Of a stretch of 64,000 nt of DNA, positions 61,535-64,000 are shown in pieces; the stretch's first letter is position 1; each line of letters starts with the position of its first letter. The notes under the pieces are model-generated. The model was given only the letters and a program-made list of their open reading frames with translations, was not told the origin of the DNA and made no database searches. The DNA lies in the IMG/VR virus record IMGVR_UViG_3300010151_007551, positions 1 to 64,000 of that record; one strand, written 5' to 3'. The translations under genes and the position numbers were made by a program. This DNA comes from a virus.

Positions 61535-62092
61535 ATGGGTGAAAATGAAGAAAAATCTAAAAATGAAGATAAGAAAAAAGAAAAAAAGACTAGAAATCTT
61601 AGAAGAGAGGATAAAATCTTTAATAATAGATATAACCAAGGAGAAGGTTTAAAGGATCCTAACGATTATAAGTTTTCTACAGGAATCGCCGTAGATGGTG
61701 GTTATTCTAGTAATTATTTAAAGGATTTATATGACTATGAAAACAATGTAGATTATCAAATATTTTTAGAGCATATTTTTGAAATAATAAAAAAAGATGA
61801 GATTTTATCTAACATAATAGATGAAAAAGAGGGAACTAGAAATAAATTTAATAAAGAAGAAGTCAATTTTTTGTTCGAGAGAATACAGGAAATATTAAGT
61901 AAACATATTGAATACGAAAAATTTTCCAGTGCAATTTATATTTTAGAAGCTATTTCTAGCATAACTGCTATGGAATATAAAAAACTTTTTGATTTTTTAA
62001 ACTACTCATATAAAGAATCTCTTTTAACTGAACTCAACACCAAATATAAGTTCCTAGAAGGAAAAATGAATAAAAACAACAAACTATTTTAA
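61535..62092 (+). CDS. Hypothetical protein (C-terminus weakly gp33-like)
   Basis: 185 aa; helical C-terminal segment YILEAISS....YKKLFDFL....KESLLTEL. Confidence 0.55.
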   Translation: MGENEEKSKNEDKKKEKKTRNLRREDKIFNNRYNQGEGLKDPNDYKFSTGIAVDGGYSSNYLKDLYDYENNVDYQIFLEHIFEIIKKDEILSNIIDEKEGTRNKFNKEEVNFLFERIQEILSKHIEYEKFSSAIYILEAISSITAMEYKKLFDFLNYSYKESLLTELNTKYKFLEGKMNKNNKLF

Positions 62093-62095
62093 TAG

Positions 62096-63223
62096 ATGGA
62101 ATTAAGTAATATAAATAAAATCTTTTTATTAGGGGATTTACATTTAGGCATACGTAACAATTCAATAGAATGGTCTAAATCTCAGAGTGATTTTTTAATA
62201 GAATATTTTTGTAATAAAATAGATGAATTAGGATTTAATCCTGATACTGATATTTTAATTCAAGAGGGAGATTGGTTTCATAATAGGGAAAGTACAAATA
62301 ATAGAATATGGAAAGATTCATTAAAAATATTTGATATTCTTTCTAATAAATTTAAAAGGGGCGTTTATGTTATATTAGGCAATCATGATGTTTATTATAA
62401 AGATAATAATAGCATACATTCTCTACTTGGAATTGAAAAGATGTTTGATAATATTCATGTTTTTTCAAAGCATGAGATATTACATATTAATAAATGTCAC
62501 AAATTTTTAATGTTACCTTGGGTAGAAGATGATGAACAAATAACTAAAATAGTTTCATCATATTCTGATAAAGCAGACTATATTATATGTCATGCAGACA
62601 TTAAGAATTTTAAACTCAACAAGTGGGTAAAAATAAATTCGGGTTTAGATTCTAATTACTTAAAGTCTTTTAAAAGAGTTTATTCTGGTCACATACATAT
62701 TCATCAAGAAGAAGGCAATGTTTTATATACTGGAACTCCCTATGAATTAGACAGAGGGGATAGAGGAAACGTTAAAGGCTTTTACACATTAGACGTTAGT
62801 GATTCTAAAATAAAAGAACACTTTACAGAAAATTTATTTTCGCCTAAGCACATTAAAATAGATGTTGAAGACATGTTAGAATTAAATGTAGAAAGTATTA
62901 AAAAATTGTTTAATAATAATTATGTAGATGTAATGATAAAAATAGATAAGGCAAACAGTTTTCCTGTAACCAGATTTATGGAATTAATAGACTCTTTTGA
63001 TCAAAGAAGAATTGAATTTTTTACATATAATTCATCTATTCAAAAAGAAAAGATACAAAGAGATTTAGAATTAGATAGAATAAAAGAATACGATATTTAT
63101 GAAATATTTAAAGAGTGTTTATTAGAAAGAAAGTATTCCAAAACAATGAATTCTAATATAGAAAAATATTTTAAAAATTTGTATGAAAGTACTAAAAATA
63201 ATGAAAAGGAACATTATGAATAA
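62096..63223 (+). CDS. T4 gp47 / Mre11-SbcD-like recombination nuclease
   Basis: Metallophosphoesterase motifs GDLHLG, GDWFHNR, GNHD and SGHIH, plus YTGTPYEL..GD. Confidence 0.93.
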   Translation: MELSNINKIFLLGDLHLGIRNNSIEWSKSQSDFLIEYFCNKIDELGFNPDTDILIQEGDWFHNRESTNNRIWKDSLKIFDILSNKFKRGVYVILGNHDVYYKDNNSIHSLLGIEKMFDNIHVFSKHEILHINKCHKFLMLPWVEDDEQITKIVSSYSDKADYIICHADIKNFKLNKWVKINSGLDSNYLKSFKRVYSGHIHIHQEEGNVLYTGTPYELDRGDRGNVKGFYTLDVSDSKIKEHFTENLFSPKHIKIDVEDMLELNVESIKKLFNNNYVDVMIKIDKANSFPVTRFMELIDSFDQRRIEFFTYNSSIQKEKIQRDLELDRIKEYDIYEIFKECLLERKYSKTMNSNIEKYFKNLYESTKNNEKEHYE

Positions 63224-63797
63224 AGTATTATATTTCATATTTATAATTTTATATACAACTACTAGCTGTTCGTCTCAGGTCAGTATACATTCTCCAATAT
63301 TTAAAGTAAAATATTCAGAAAAACTAGAACAGCCCCTTTGTGTAGAATACAAGGTATTGTGTCCAAATGGTAACACAAGCAGAAGCGGAATGGATTTTTA
63401 TAAAGTAGATAGTGTTCATACTTCTGATAATGAAGACTATAAAAATAACATATGGGATAAAGGACATATTGCTCCAGCAGCAGCATTTAATTGTAGTAAA
63501 GATACACTTAAGCAGACTTTTAGTTATTTAAACTGTGCACTTCAACATGAATCACTAAATAGAGGTCCATGGAAAGAGCTAGAAAGATTCGAAAGAAATT
63601 TAGCTAAGTTTTTTGATGTGCACGTAATAGTTTATATTGAATTTGAAAAAGACTGTGAGGTACTAGAAACGGGCGCCTCAGTTCCCTCTGCTTTTATTAA
63701 AGTTATAGAATTTGAAAAATATAAATATACTTTTAAGTTTCCTAATTCTAATGTTTCTGGAACAAACTGGTTTAAATTTAAAGTAAAAGATAATTAA
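63216..63797 (+). CDS. Secreted/lipoprotein DNA/RNA non-specific endonuclease (NucA/Serratia-type)
   Basis: Signal peptide with TTS-C lipobox-like site; catalytic DKGHIAPA and TFSYLNCALQ...LNRGPW..LE motifs. Confidence 0.85.
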   Translation: MNKVLYFIFIILYTTTSCSSQVSIHSPIFKVKYSEKLEQPLCVEYKVLCPNGNTSRSGMDFYKVDSVHTSDNEDYKNNIWDKGHIAPAAAFNCSKDTLKQTFSYLNCALQHESLNRGPWKELERFERNLAKFFDVHVIVYIEFEKDCEVLETGASVPSAFIKVIEFEKYKYTFKFPNSNVSGTNWFKFKVKDN

Positions 63798-63799
63798 AA

Positions 63800-64000
63800 A
63801 TGAAACTTATTAAATTTTCTTGGAGAAATATATGTTCTTATGGAAATAAGACACAGGAGTTTACTGTTTCAGAAAACCCACAGCTAATACTAGTTGAAGG
63901 AAAAAATGGATCTGGAAAGTCCTCAATTAAAGAAGCTCTTACTGTTTCTTTATATGGGAAATCTGCGGTTAGAAAAACAAGAGATATTCCAAATAGGATT
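63800..64000 (+). CDS. T4 gp46 / Rad50-SbcC-like ATPase, 3'-truncated by the window edge
   Basis: The ATG at 63800 reads MKLIKFSWRNICSYGN...GKNGSGKSSI.EAL...LYGK; not in the ORF track. Confidence 0.9.
   Translation, partial: MKLIKFSWRNICSYGNKTQEFTVSENPQLILVEGKNGSGKSSIKEALTVSLYGKSAVRKTRDIPNRI

Overview
A 64-kb segment of a very AT-rich, T4-like (myovirus-type) jumbo phage genome in the standard genetic code. The host is probably Bacteroidota (Hc1-type histone-like protein, Bacteroidota-style S1 N-terminus, no obvious Shine-Dalgarno sequences). Positions ~1.8-30 kb are mostly minus-strand virion genes (gp3-, gp15- and gp14-like, tail fibre, large baseplate-type proteins), plus a CCA-adding enzyme, the gp55 late sigma factor and a RuvC-like resolvase. 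From ~30 kb the genes are mostly plus-strand replication, nucleotide and host-takeover genes: exonucleases, GroEL/GroES, ribosomal protein S1-like, class II RNR, Hc1, gp32, RNase H, GuaC/IMPDH, dUTPase, the N-terminal half of a split family-B polymerase, UvsX, gp41, gp47 and gp46. An isolated tail sheath gene sits among them. The most interesting signals are non-coding: (1) a ~420-nt highly structured RNA with its own promoter at 51055-51477 that matches no class I can recognise; (2) a pseudoknotted leader between the S1 gene and nrdJ; (3) a candidate transcription-primed origin at 29.3 kb (promoter, G-tract, four 12-bp-spaced repeats); (4) a fixed-spacing AAAC-N16-GTA[T/G]AATA promoter motif repeated about ten times. 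All product calls come from motif recognition by eye; no database searches were run.
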